Positions 38,201-49,994 of a stretch of DNA of 64,000 bases are shown one piece after another (within the stretch, counting starts at the first letter, position 1; each line of letters opens with the position of its first letter). The notes below the pieces were generated by a model. That model worked only from the letters and a program-made list of their open reading frames with translations, made no database searches and had not been told where the DNA came from. This stretch comes from Glaucostegus cemiculus (Eukaryota). Where the stretch lies: the NCBI GenBank assembly GCA_976551045.1, contig CDPCPM010000048.1, positions 2,914,001 through 2,978,000 of the forward strand, in the 5' to 3' direction. The position numbers and the translations under genes were made by a program.

Positions 38201-40044
38201 TGAAGACAACAAAGTTAGGGATGATGGATGTACATGACTTGGCATGGGATAATCAGCAGTCAGCTCAAGTATGCAAAATGTGGAAGATGGAAAGCCTACA
38301 AGAATATTAAATACAGTATCAGACAATACAAACGCATAGATAATTATTGTGGACAGAGATGGCACTTGATAACGTTCTGGAAGTAGGGACAGAAATAGTC
38401 TTTATAATGGAGATGATACAGGTTACAGCATCCGATAGAGTTAATGACAAAGCAAATTTGCTGAAGAACATCGAAAAACAGCTTTGGAAAGGCTAAACAT
38501 TCCAATGTTGTCTAATCAAAACAAGAAAGTGAAATGATGTCCAAATCTGAATTCGAACTTAAAAAGAGATCACCTCAGACATATCAATAATTAGCATGAA
38601 AGTCAACAGTTGACATCCTCTGCAAATTCTAGCATTGAGATAGACATATACAAAGTATACCTACGTCAAAGTTAAGCACAAGTGACAGAAAAGCTGCAAG
38701 TTATCCGAGGGATCAACACTTTACTGCTGCAACCTACATAATTCCTGCAGCTGACAAGCTGGATCTTCCAGCACCTAGCTGGAACTCAGATTCTGCTGCT
38801 GTGGAGACAACACTGGGCACAGGTCTACATGCAGCACAAACTTTTCCCCCAGCTAAATACAAAATGTGGGAAGTGTGGATGACAAAATCCACAGCCATTC
38901 AACCATTTAAATGTGCACAAGGAAGTTAAAAACACTTCTGTGGTCAATTAAGGTGCTACATAGGCACTGTGTTGTGCCATAGATGAAATATCATAGAGAG
39001 TTTGCCATCCCCCATTCTAAATTTACTACCATAGAGCAGAGTTTACTTGAAACACACTTAACATACAGAAATGCACTTTTCCTACTTAAGGTGCAGTAAA
39101 TGAAGACCAAATTATCACTGCATCCCAAGTAAACAATCATACATCATAAGGTATTGAAGCATTGACTGCCATGACATCCTCTACATTGCAGAACTGGTAG
39201 AACATATTCAAGGCTACTGCATTCAAAAGTATACACACGGAGCATAGCAACAAATGATTAAGCAAAACTGATCCGTGCCGGTGCTTTAATGAAAAAAGCC
39301 TGTAAACAATCACCTCCAACTACCCCTTCGTCTCTTCACCAAGCAACCCCTTAACATTTTCTAAGCAGCAGGTTCCACCTTATTACTGCACATAAACATT
39401 TCTCATTAATTCTTAATTTGGTCTGTTAGGGATGATATATCCATGCTGTCTTGTTTTGTAAACCATGCTCAATGGAAATACTTCTCCTCATCATTCTATC
39501 AAATATCATTGTTTTCGCTCGTTTTCTCCTTTCCAGAGATACCAGCCATGGCCTGCTCAATTCTGATAAATCTTGCTGCCGCTCTTTAGTATCCTCTCTG
39601 TAGCATGAAGGCAGTAGGGATCAGAGAATGACATAGCACAGTAGGAAGCCATTCATGCCTGTCTACTCCTCGAAAGAGCTGTCCAATTAATCCCACTCCC
39701 TGCTCTTTCCCCCAAAGCCCTGAAAATGTCCTTTTTCACTCCAGACTGCATCTCTCACAAAATCTAAACCTAAAGGCACATGGACATTTTATTCGCGTTA
39801 CCGTTTACAGTAACAAAAACAAAAAAAGCTTTTCAGTCTGTCTTGTGGGCAAATATCCAATGTCCGGGTTGTATTTGCTCCCTTATTTTCAGCTGCTGCA
39901 GTTGACATCATCAGGCTGCAGTTCGTCGAGGAACATTCTCCCATTAGCAAAATGTTTTGTTTGCAAACCTACAGATTAAATGACCCATTTTGGGGAGCGA
40001 TGCGAAGTATTCAAACTTGGGGAGGGGGTGGTTGGTTGATCCTC

Positions 40045-40064
40045 GGGGGGGGGGGGGGGGGGGG
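40045..40064 (+). repeat. Poly-G tract (20 nt)
   Basis: Read directly from the sequence. Confidence 0.9.
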
Positions 40065-40797
40065 CAGAATATCCCCTGCGCTGCGGGACGGAGGGCGCAC
40101 CCTCTGCATTGGGAGAGGGGGGGGGAACCAAATCCAGCCCGCTGACTGCCTGCGCCACAGCAGGCCTCGGGTGCCAGTCCGGACGCCGGGGCTCTCGGAG
40201 GCCGCTGCCGGGCTCGACGACCTGTTGGGAGTCCCATGTAGGAGACCCTCACGGTGACAGCCCGGGATTATATTGGGGGGGGGGCAGGACAGTCAGTGAG
40301 CCCTCGGCCCGAGGGGTTCCTGTGCCGGGTCCGGCCTGGCGCCTCTCCCTCGCCTACCCCCGGGGTTGAGGAGGTGGCAGCCGGCTGGTCGGTCGGTCGG
40401 TCGGGCAGGCGGCGGGGAGCCGAGGCTGCGGCTGCTCTGGGTGAAAGGTCACGGAGAGGGGGTGAACCGCTGTCGTCAGATATGCAAAAGCAGCGGCCGC
40501 ACGGCGCTGCCCGAAGTGGGTCTGTCGGCGGGTCTGCGGCGGCTCTCGGGACTCCCACCGGCACCCCCGCCCCGTCTCCTCGGCCCAAGTATGGCCGGCC
40601 GCAACCACCCCCCCCCCCCGAGGCCTTGCGGCCCGCTCCCTTCCCCTCAGGACCGTCGCCGCTCGCCGTGGCTGGGGCCTGGGCTCGGCGGGGCGGCGCC
40701 GGGGCCCTGAGATGGCGGTGGTTCCGCCGCCGCCGCGGTCGGAGCCCGCCCGGCCGCCGCTCCGACGGGACGTTCAGGCGCCCTTCCCGCCTCTTAC

Positions 40798-40910
40798 CTG
40801 AGACGTTATTTTTCAAACGGGCGGAAAAAGCCCCGAACGTTTCTTCCCCCCCGGTTTCTCGGCTCCGCGGCGGGTCAGAGTTCGTGACCTCTCCCTCGCT
40901 TCGACAGGCG
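40798..40910 (-). other. NR2C1: NR2C1 non-coding exon 1 (5'UTR; TSS position approximate)
   Basis: Consensus donor CAG|GTAAGA on the minus strand at 40798/40797 inside the CpG island. No minus-strand ATG between 40910 and 40798. Confidence 0.7.
40872..40890. promoter_or_regulatory. Composite nuclear-receptor response element (DR1 + IR0 + IR7)
   Basis: Plus strand GGGTCA-g-AGTTCG-TGACCT; minus strand AGGTCA-CGAACT-c-TGACCC. Three RGKTCA-type half sites in 19 bp. Confidence 0.8.
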
Positions 40911-40921
40911 GCGCATGCGCA
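40911..40921. promoter_or_regulatory. NRF1 binding motif
   Basis: GCGCATGCGCA, the palindromic NRF1 core, next to the inferred TSS. Confidence 0.7.
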
Positions 40922-40983
40922 CTCCCTCCCTCCCCACCAAGGCGGGGAGGAGGAGGAGGAGGACGACGACGAACGACGATGCG

Positions 40984-40993
40984 CAAAATGGCG
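40984..40993 (+). promoter_or_regulatory. YY1 motif
   Basis: CAAAATGGCG. A second YY1-like AGATGGCGG occurs near 40710. Confidence 0.6.
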
Positions 40994-42239
40994 ACGCGGC
41001 CAGTTAATGGGCGCTTGGACGTGTGCCAAAAAAATCCCAAAAAAACAAACGCTAGCTCTTCCTGCAGTGGAAAGGTATCTGTTGTGTTTTTTTTTGGTTG
41101 GCCTTGCCGTTCGGAGTGCTGCGGAGCCGGTGAAGGTCGCCCGAGGGGGCGGGGGGTGGCGATGGTGGTCAGCGGCTCCGAGGCGCAGGCGGGGCGGCTG
41201 ATGGCGCTCGATGAGAGCCCGTCAGCTCCCCCATTTTCTGCGGGCCCGGAGCAGGCAGCTACCCACCCCCTCCCTCCTCCCCATCCACAGGCTCGGTCTC
41301 TGCTCCTCTCACATCCACCTCAAGATAAATTATTCATTCTACCAGGAGCTTTGGCTGTTGAAAAATAACCAGTGGAAAGGGGACAAAATACAGAAAAACA
41401 AATACCAACAATTAGAAATCAAGGGAGTAGAAGCCTGAAACATATTTGTGAGAGAAGTATAATTTTTTTTGAAAAATGAGCGTCTTTTTCCCAAATGGTT
41501 CAGAGGTCTCTATATTCCCACACAACTTAGTGCAAGGTCAAGTTTCCCTCTCTGTATAAAACCTGCCTCAATTCATGGGTAGCAGCTGGACTTTGTGATC
41601 TCCTGCGATTCCTTTACTCCCATTGTGTCAATACTCTTGCGTTTTCCACCGCAGGAAGAATTCATGCAGATCTCCACTCTTTGAATTCAAACAATTCTAT
41701 TCCCCCATCACCTTCAGACTCACAAAACAACATTGATTTCTTGTCTGAGATTTGTTTTCATACTGTCCCACTATTTGTGGTCTGCCCCCCATAAACCTTT
41801 CCTCCTTTATCATCTTTAATATTTCCTTTAAAACCCCTTTCGGTAAGCTTTGCTGTATTAGTTACTGTAGGAGCTGAATTTTTGTTCATCCTGACAATGT
41901 ACTAATAAAGATGCTTTACAGGCCAAAGTGTTGTTGATCCCTGATTTAACCACCTCTGGTCACATCCTTCCCTCCCTGACCTTCAAAAGTACCAATTTAA
42001 AATGAAAACATGCAATTTGTAATTAAAATAATTATTTGGTTAAAAGATAAAAGCTGGGAATCTGAAATAAAAGTACAAACAATCACAAACAAAATATAAG
42101 AAATATGCAGCATGAAAAATCTGAAGTAAAATTCACATTCTACGTGAAGTAAAACATTCTGTAAATTTGTACCATACATACCATATTATCAAATAGAATA
42201 TAAGGAAACAAAATAAAAAGATGTTACTTTGAAACTGCC

Positions 42240-42460
42240 TAGCGGTTAGCGCGACGCTGTTACAGCGCCAGCGATCAGGGTTTGATTCCCGTTGCTGACT
42301 GTAAGGAGTTTGTACGTTCTCCCGTGTCTGCGTGGGTTTCCTCCCACGTTCTGAAAGACGTACGGGTAGGTTAATTTGGGGGTTTAAAATGGGCAGTGCT
42401 GACTCGTTGGGCCGAAAGGGCCTGTTACCACGCTATAAATAAAATTTATTAAAAAAAGAA
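42240..42460 (+). mobile_element. tRNA-derived V-SINE, young family (same as 2108-2349)
   Basis: agcggttagcgcgacgctgttacagcgccagcgatcagggtttgattccc ... gggcctgttaccacgctataaataaaa. Confidence 0.9.
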
Positions 42461-42859
42461 ATAGAAATACAAGAATCCTAAAATAAAACATAAAAGTTAA
42501 TAAATTAAATAGTTAAGAACCCTAAACTTAGAATTGATAAAGTATAAGCTATTTCAAGTAAAAATCTATGGAAATTTGGAATAATCATTTTTAAATAAGT
42601 AAAGTAATCTGAATAAAAATAGTATCACTTAAAGAAAATAAATAAAAATATGAAAAATGCAATAATAAAATATAGCAAATATGATTAAAAGACTAAATAT
42701 CAGAAACCTGTGGATGCTGGACGTCTAAAATAAAAACAGAAATCACTGGAAACACCAAGCAGGTCAGGCAGCATTTGACTGAAATAAATCTGGTTAAAAA
42801 AATGGGGAAAATAAATTTAGGAAAAAAAGTAATTTAAAGTACACTTGCATGTATGTATC

Positions 42860-43560
42860 AGGGGCAGGAGTAGGGCACTCAGTACATTGAGTCTGGTCTG
42901 CTACTTAATAAGATCATAACTGATCTGTAATCTCAACTCCGTATTCCTGCCAATCCTGTGGTAACCTTTCACCCCCTTGCTTATCAAGAATCTATTTAAC
43001 TCTGCTTTAGGCATATTTGGCTTCTCCCACCCTCATCCACATCCACACACAGGAGAGCAAAGATACAGGTAGCCCTACACCCAATTGTGACGCTTGCAGC
43101 CACCAGCTCAGAGATTGTCACTTACTCATTTCTCTTTTTGAAAACTGCCATTGAAAGCGTATCCTAAATCCCACAAATTCATTGCATGAATAAACATTTC
43201 CTCGTGTTGGCCTGGGTCTTTTAGCCTTCAGCTTAAATCTGTGCCCCATGGTTATCGGCCTGGAGGCTATTGGAAGCGGGTTCTTTCATCTGATCCTTTC
43301 ACAATTTTAAACGTTTCTGTCAATTCTCCTCTTGGCCTTCTGTGTTCTAAGAATAATCCCAACTTCTCCAATCTATCCAGAACTGCAGTTTCTTATTCCT
43401 AGAATCATTCTAATAAATGTCCTCTGTACACTATTCAGAAGCTAAGGTGTGGTGCCCAAAATTAAACATAATAAACCAGCCGGGGCTGCAGTACTCTTAA
43501 AGATCTGTTTAGCATAATCCTTTGACTTTTATATTGTATGCCTCTTTATAAAGTCTACTT
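42860..43560 (-). mobile_element. CR1 LINE fragments
   Basis: ggcaggagtagggcactcag ... aataagatcataactgatctg; cattctaataaatgtcctctgtacac. Confidence 0.6.
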
Positions 43561-43567
43561 TCAAGTA

Positions 43568-43835
43568 AATTGGTATTAGTTTATTATTGTCACTTGTACC
43601 GAGGTACAGTGAAAAATTTGTCTTGCATACCGTTCATACAGATCAATTCATTACACTGCATTGATGAACTACGGGGTAAAAACAATAACAGAATACAGTC
43701 ACAGCTACAGGGAATTGCACTGCAGGTAGACAGTAAGGTGCAAGGTCATAACAAGGTAGATTGTGAGGTCAAGAATCAATTTCATCGTATAAGGGAACCA
43801 TTCAGTAGTCTTATCACAGTAGGATTGAAGCTGTT
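43568..43835 (-). mobile_element. LINE 3'-end repeat (same family as 27008-27270)
   Basis: ttggtattagtttattattgtcacttgtaccgaggtacagtgaaaa. A short (TG)n follows at about 43837-43858. Confidence 0.8.
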
Positions 43836-44599
43836 TTGTGTGTGTGTGTCTGTATGTGAGAGACAAATAGAAGAGCCTTAATAAATTTGGACATTTGAAA
43901 TGATAAATACAAGACAACAATTCCAAAATGCAAATAATTTGATAAATTAAAGCAATCTGAAATTTATAAAGGTCCAGACATTTAATCTAAAAATGAAAAT
44001 GAATTCTGAAAACGTGACATTCTGAACATCAATTTGAAATAAGATACCAATGAAATTTGGCATCAAATGTGACAGATAATTGAAAAGAAATCAAAATTTG
44101 AAATAGAAAGTAGAAGAAATCCAAAACCAAAATTACATAAAATCCAAAATAAAAAGTATTGGAAATTTGAAACCACAAATATAAAATATTGGAAACAAAA
44201 TTTAAGGGTGTGGGGGAGGGGACTAAATTAAATTGTATTTTCTTTGCTGGAAAAACATTGGATAATTTTTACTGTGTCCGCTTGTCTTAGTGCTGTTTGC
44301 ACACAAAATTCGTGCTCTAACCTCAGCACTGACAGATCTGTTTACTGACAGGGGACATTTACAGGACCCACTTCTGTGTGTATTCAGCAGCAGCTGAAGT
44401 TACCTCTTGTTGATCGAAGGCATGCATGCCTCCATCTTTTAAAGGGGAAGTGCCATGTGGCTGTACCTAGTGGCGCAAAGTCTTTGGAATGTTGGTGGAA
44501 ATCATAGTAGAGAACAGGTGCAGCTCTGGTGGATAGACAAACGGGGGAGACTCCAAGAACTTGGCATCATCAATGTTCGCAGGCCCAGACAGTGTTCAA

Positions 44600-45640
44600 G
44601 TGATCTAGACAAGGACAAAGCATCTGAACCATGTTAAGCCAGAAGTACCAAGTAGATAATCCATCTCAGCTTCCTCCAAAGATTCCCACCATCACAGAAG
44701 CTGGGCTTCCAACAAATTCATTTCCCATTAAGTGATACACTGATACCACTGAGAACATTGGCAAAGCCTATGGGGAACAAGCAACATCCTGGCTGCAGTA
44801 CTGAAGACTTTCACTCCAGAATTAGTTGCAGCTCTAACTGAGCTGCACCAGTACAGCTACAATACTGACATCTATTCAACAGTAAGGAACATTGCTCAAG
44901 TATATCCTGTTCACAGAAAGCAGCACAAATCCGTTACTGCCCAATCTACTCTCAATTACCAGCAAAATGATGCAGGGTGACCCGTGCAGTGTTAGTAAAC
45001 AGTGCTTACTTTTTAATAACTTGCTCATTGAGTCCCAGTTTGAACTAAGCCAGGACCAGACTCAGCTCCAGACTTCATCACTGCCCAGGTTCAAACATGG
45101 CAAACAATGCTGAAATACAGCATTGAGGTAAGACTAACTGGCCGTGACATCGAGGCAGCATTTGACCAAGCATGGCATCATGGAGATGTGGTCAATGAAG
45201 TCAATGGGGATCAAGGAGAAAATACCTCAATGACTGGAGTCATTTCTTCCACATAGGAAGATGGTCATAGTTGTTGGTGGTCAATCATCCCACCTCCAGG
45301 CCATTGCTGCAGGAGTTATTAACTCAATCATTAACTGTTGCATTTCAATCATTAACCTTCCATGACAAGGTTTGAAGGAGGAATGTTGACTGATGTTTGC
45401 ACGGTGTTCAATTTCATTCACAGCTCTTAGCAAATGCAAGAGTCCATGCCTATATACAGCAAGTCATCCAGGGTCAGAATGATAAGTGGCAAGTTGGCCC
45501 ACAGCATATCCAATAAGAGAGAGTCTAACTACCTACCCTTAACGCTGAGTCCCCCAACATCAACATCATGGGCGTCACTGTTGACCAGAAATTCAACCAG
45601 AACAGGCCACATAAATGCTAGATAAGGCTACAAGAGTTCA
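44600..45640 (+). mobile_element. Ancient LINE RT fragment
   Basis: gtgacatcgaggcagcatttgaccaagcatggcatca resembles DIKAAFDRVWH; gtatatcctgttcacagaaagcag resembles VCPVHKKQ. Confidence 0.75.
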
Positions 45641-45809
45641 GGTGGGGAAGGGTCCTTGCTGAATAGACAAGGAGACCAGGCTTGATCTACTTTAAGGTTG
45701 TAAATGAATCAAAACTAATGATCTGCTAATGTTAAGTTATGCTATACCATGGCTTGGGCATTCTGTATTGCATACATTTGAATTTTTTGATGACTAAAGT
45801 ATGCTTGAA

Positions 45810-46680
45810 ATTTAACAAAAAGCCTTGTTCTGAAATTGGTACTCAGCTCTGAATACTGATGAGTGTGGTAGTTGCCCTGGGGAGTATAGCCCGAGCCAAG
45901 TGCATAGCGTTATGGGTTGGTCATATCTGGGTAAGAGGGCGGGGAGGGGAAAGGCAAGGAAAATAATGGCGATAAGGGATTCAGAAGTAGTGGAGGGGCT
46001 GATAGCTATATCTATGAATACAATCATAATCCAGTACGCTAGGTTGTCTCTCTCTGCCAGGGCCAAGAATATCACTGAGCGGTTACTGAACATTGTTATC
46101 GGAAAGGATAACAGCCAGAGGCCATGGTTCATTGTTCAATGAAAGTAGCGATACAGGTGTATAAAGAAGGTACAGTTTGTTTATCAGCTGAGATGTAGAA
46201 CAGAAGAGCAGAGAGGTCATGTTGGAACTGTGTAAAACAGCAGTTAGCCTACAGAACGGTTCTGGTCAGATTTTCCAGGAAGAGTGCAGTGGTATTGGTG
46301 AGGGTGCTGAGATTCACGAGGACTGAAGAAACTTATTTATGTGCAGAGATTGGCTAGATTGGGACATATTCTTTGGAACAGGGGAAGACGAGATATAATT
46401 GAGGGGTATAAAATCAAAGGGCCCTAGACAAAATGGATAGAGGGATTAAAGGGAAATTGAAGATTTATTTTTGCACCTCAAGGAGCAGCAGAGGTCTAGA
46501 ACCCGCTGGACAGCCTTACTTCATGTGAGAAGTATCTGGATGGGACTTTGGGTGCTGTAACCAGTAAGATTGCAGTCCAACAACTAGGAAGTGGGATTGG
46601 GTTAAAAAGCTATTTGGTCCAGAGCGACTCGATAGACCAAATGACTTCCAATATGCTGAAAATTTCTATGGATTATAAAA
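45810..46680 (+). mobile_element. Internally deleted CR1 (ORF1 esterase-like remnant joined to ORF2 3' end)
   Basis: KIMAIRDS...LSARAKNITERLLNIV resembles CR1 ORF1 (VIGDSIVR...LPGARVKDITERL). CR1 3' sequence begins near 46140. Confidence 0.65.
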
Positions 46681-47119
46681 CCTTGAAAGCAAAGGAAACA
46701 AAAACTGGTCAGAATACAGAAAGGGCAGACAAGTGATAAGAACATTGGTGTTATTAACATTAGTGAAAAGACTAATGATCACAAGATATCACAGGCACTA
46801 GGTGAACTTTCCTGTGGTATTTTTCATCATGAGAGGCAGTGAAGGGTATGATACTATTTTTGATAAAAATAGAACTGTAATGCGGACACAAGTTAAAGTG
46901 TGCTGTCAAAAAAACCTTGTGGAGGAATTGGATGATGTTGGAAAATGTGCACGGGACTCACAGTGTGTAAATAACCTGTTTCATCTTGGCTCAGTGCAAT
47001 TTGCAATTGTAATTTGTGCCAACTTCTCATCATAATAACACAGCTCTGTCCATTGGCTCCGAATTACAAACTGGTACTTTGAGAATTGCTGGCAACAGAT
47101 GCAACTAATTGATGCTGAA

Positions 47120-47405
47120 GGAAACTAAGAGGGAGTTCCAGCTGTTGCTCGGTGGGTAGAACAGAAAAGTTCAGGCAAACGCTCCATTGCAGCACTGAGA
47201 GGCAGTACTGGATGACATATGTTTCACAACCAACATCACCAAGACAGATTGTATGGCAATTACCAGTTTGTAGTTGGTGAATGTTTCTTATGCACAAAGC
47301 TTTGTTTCCTACAATGCAATGGTAACTTCATTTCAAAGTAATTCATTGACTGTAAGATGTTTTCAGATGTCCTGAAAGGTGCTCTAGGAATGCAGGGCCT
47401 CCTTT
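47120..47405 (+). mobile_element. Deu-core SINE
   Basis: gcagcactgagaggcagtactg ... caacatcaccaagacagatt ... ttcaaagtaattcattgactgtaagatgttttcagatgtcctgaaaggtgctct. Confidence 0.7.
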
Positions 47406-47459
47406 CTTTTGCTTTTAGCCTTGTTGGAAATCATTACTTAGCCAGAGCAGGGTTGAAGC

Positions 47460-47680
47460 AGATGGCTCAATGTTTGGATCTGGCACTGGATATCCCAGTG
47501 GAAGAGATAGAAGGAGAGTGGTCTTCCATGCACAACGACCCAGAAGCCATCCTGGTCCACATGAAATGCCCAGGCCACAGGTGGCAACCATGGCTCTTAG
47601 CAGGAGGTTTGCACTCAGGACCTGGGGTGCATTTCCCGATAAAGTTTAATGATTCCACATGCATGATCAAAGTCAGTGAA
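47460..47680 (+). pseudogene. Degenerate Myb/SANT-like domain remnant, probably from a Harbinger transposon
   Basis: DLALDIPVEEIE...W...(RTW)...KFNDSTCMIKVS resembles Harbinger-associated Myb/SANT (MSANTD/NAIF1-like) domains. Recognised by eye only. Confidence 0.45.
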
Positions 47681-49994
47681 TACATCATCAATCCCATCTC
47701 CCTACAGTTGCATCATTACATATAAGCACTGCTCCATGCTGTACACCACCCACAATGATATGTGGCAATCAGGACACCTACCTGATATTCATGTGCCTCA
47801 CCACCCTTCATGTACTTATCATTACTCCAAAGCACACACCTACAGCTTGTGGTTTACACATTCTCTCAGCTATGGCTGACACATCACATAGACACATTGC
47901 AACACACTCCCTAACACTTTCCCCTCTTGCTTGTTCTAAAATGTGTCAGACCATCACCGTCAGCTGTGGTGGACTGCTAGCAGACACCCTCACGTCCATT
48001 GGCTCAGCAGCCTGAAGCAGAGAACACTGGCCAATGTTGGCGTGAGAGCAGCAGTGTAAAGACCCTTGAAGATGATTGATGAAAAAGTCGATGTGCTCAT
48101 ATCTAATTCTCACTTCCACGTCCCACTTCACCTGCAACCCCTAATCTTTTATGATTTGCAAATTACAAATAGTTTGAGCATGCACTTCTTGGATGTCCTC
48201 TCTCCTCAATTCACCATGACCACATCCCCGAGTCTTTCTCCTCTCAGATACCCAAAATCTGCCTCCCAGACTCCATCTGCTGAGCCACTAGCTTTCCCCG
48301 TTCGGGGCAAAAGCAGAGGTACCTCAGTACCCATGGAGTTAGGTGGAGAGTCCAGTTGATGACTGGGCCTGGTGCAGTGCAGTGCAGTGCAGAGAGGCTG
48401 CCCCCAGAAAACACTGACGGGGTCTGGCAGAAGGGGAGAGCTGGGGTATCAGTAGAGTCTAAGAACCTATAGCAGGCGAGACTTGGTGCAAAATCTGAGA
48501 GGTGGCTCCCGGTGTAGGGACGGGGAACCCCAGCAAGACTGGGTTCTACCGTTGGCCTCTGTGGGACTTTCTGTAATGGAATGTAAAGACAGAAGAGGCA
48601 TCATCCTTAACTCAGGAAGTTGCAGACTCAATGCGTGTCGCAGGTCCTGGGCATACTTCTGCTCGAATGCCTTAGTTGCCTTCCAAACACAAACAGGGGT
48701 TGGGGTTGTATTTGAGTTTAAGATTCAACAAGTTTGGAACGGAAACCAAGACGGCCTCAAAACCAACAACTTCTTGTTCAACTGGATGGCCAGGTGCCTA
48801 ATCTGCACCCAGGAAATGATTTAATCATTCATACATGTCCCTTCATTTTAGCAGCCATTTTATATTTAACCAGAATCAGCCTTTTTTCACAGGCCTCTGG
48901 ATGTCCGACAGCTGGAAGCTGGTGAAAAGGGCTGAATCCATTCCAGATTATCAGACATTGTCTGTTGTTGATCCCAGCAAAATGAAAACCACATCAACAC
49001 AGATTACAGACAATACTAATTAAATGTCCATGAAATGCCTCATGTACAGTATGGAAAGGTATTAAATAAATGAACAAGGAGAAGTTATCTGTTCCCGACA
49101 TCTGACCATTAAGCTCTAAAGGTAACATATGAGTGAAAGCTACGTGGTTTTCACAAAAAGCTTGCAGTTCACACTTTTATCTCAGAAAGCAAACATCTTC
49201 CACACACCCAGGTCAGGAAACTGGACACATTCCACTCCCCCTCCCCCCGTCTACTCTCATTAACCAGCCTGTTTCATTGTGGCAGCTTCGACTGGGAATC
49301 CCTTGAGCTCATGCACATCTGCCTGTCTCTGACCAGTGTAAACTCTGGGCAGGGTTGGTAATTCAAAGCATCTTACAGCCCACTATGTCTGCAACAGCTC
49401 TTTAGAAGAGCTCTTTGAAGCTGCCAGTGAGAGACCTGCCCAGAGCCGGGCTGCTCTGGGCCAGAGGGTCCTGAGTCCACCATGGGGTGGATCTAGACCT
49501 GACATCAGCTGGGCTGCAGGGACAAGGCAGACAGCAGGCAGAGTCAAGTTGTTACCTCAGATCTTCAGCCCTCTTCCAGTGCTTCAGGATAAGCAGGGTG
49601 GTGACATCACCAACTGCTCTGTTTAAAAGGCTTATGACTCTCTGGGTATTCCTGGTTCCACTCCATGGTCTCCAGGAAAACTGATTCCCTGACTTATGGA
49701 ACTGACAGCTTTCAGATGTAGGAGCTCCTGTACAATCCACGACTGATGGCAACCCTGATCATAATATGTACACCCACAATAAGCCCAACAAGATGTGATC
49801 TATCAGGAAAAGCACAAAAAAACCCAGACTAAACTCCAGGCCAAATGTGGGTAAATATGGAAATGTTTGTTTCACTCTCTACTCACACACGGGAAAGAAC
49901 ATCCCTGCTTTCCTTACAGGGATGCCATGGGATTTTCATGTCTGCTTGAGAGCCTGAAGCTCAATAAACATTGAAGTCAGGGCCTACACAATAC

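Larger units (their letters stand above)
39950..41300. promoter_or_regulatory. NR2C1: CpG island promoter of NR2C1
   Basis: Abrupt switch to very high GC and dense CpG against CpG-depleted flanks. Contains NRF1, YY1 and nuclear-receptor motifs and a strong minus-strand splice donor. Confidence 0.9.

Noticed and set aside
40254-41201. Long ORFs (315 aa on +, 253 aa on -) in the GC-rich region
   Set aside because: Low-complexity Arg/Gly/Pro/Ala translations on both strands are expected in stop-poor CpG islands. No recognisable domain.
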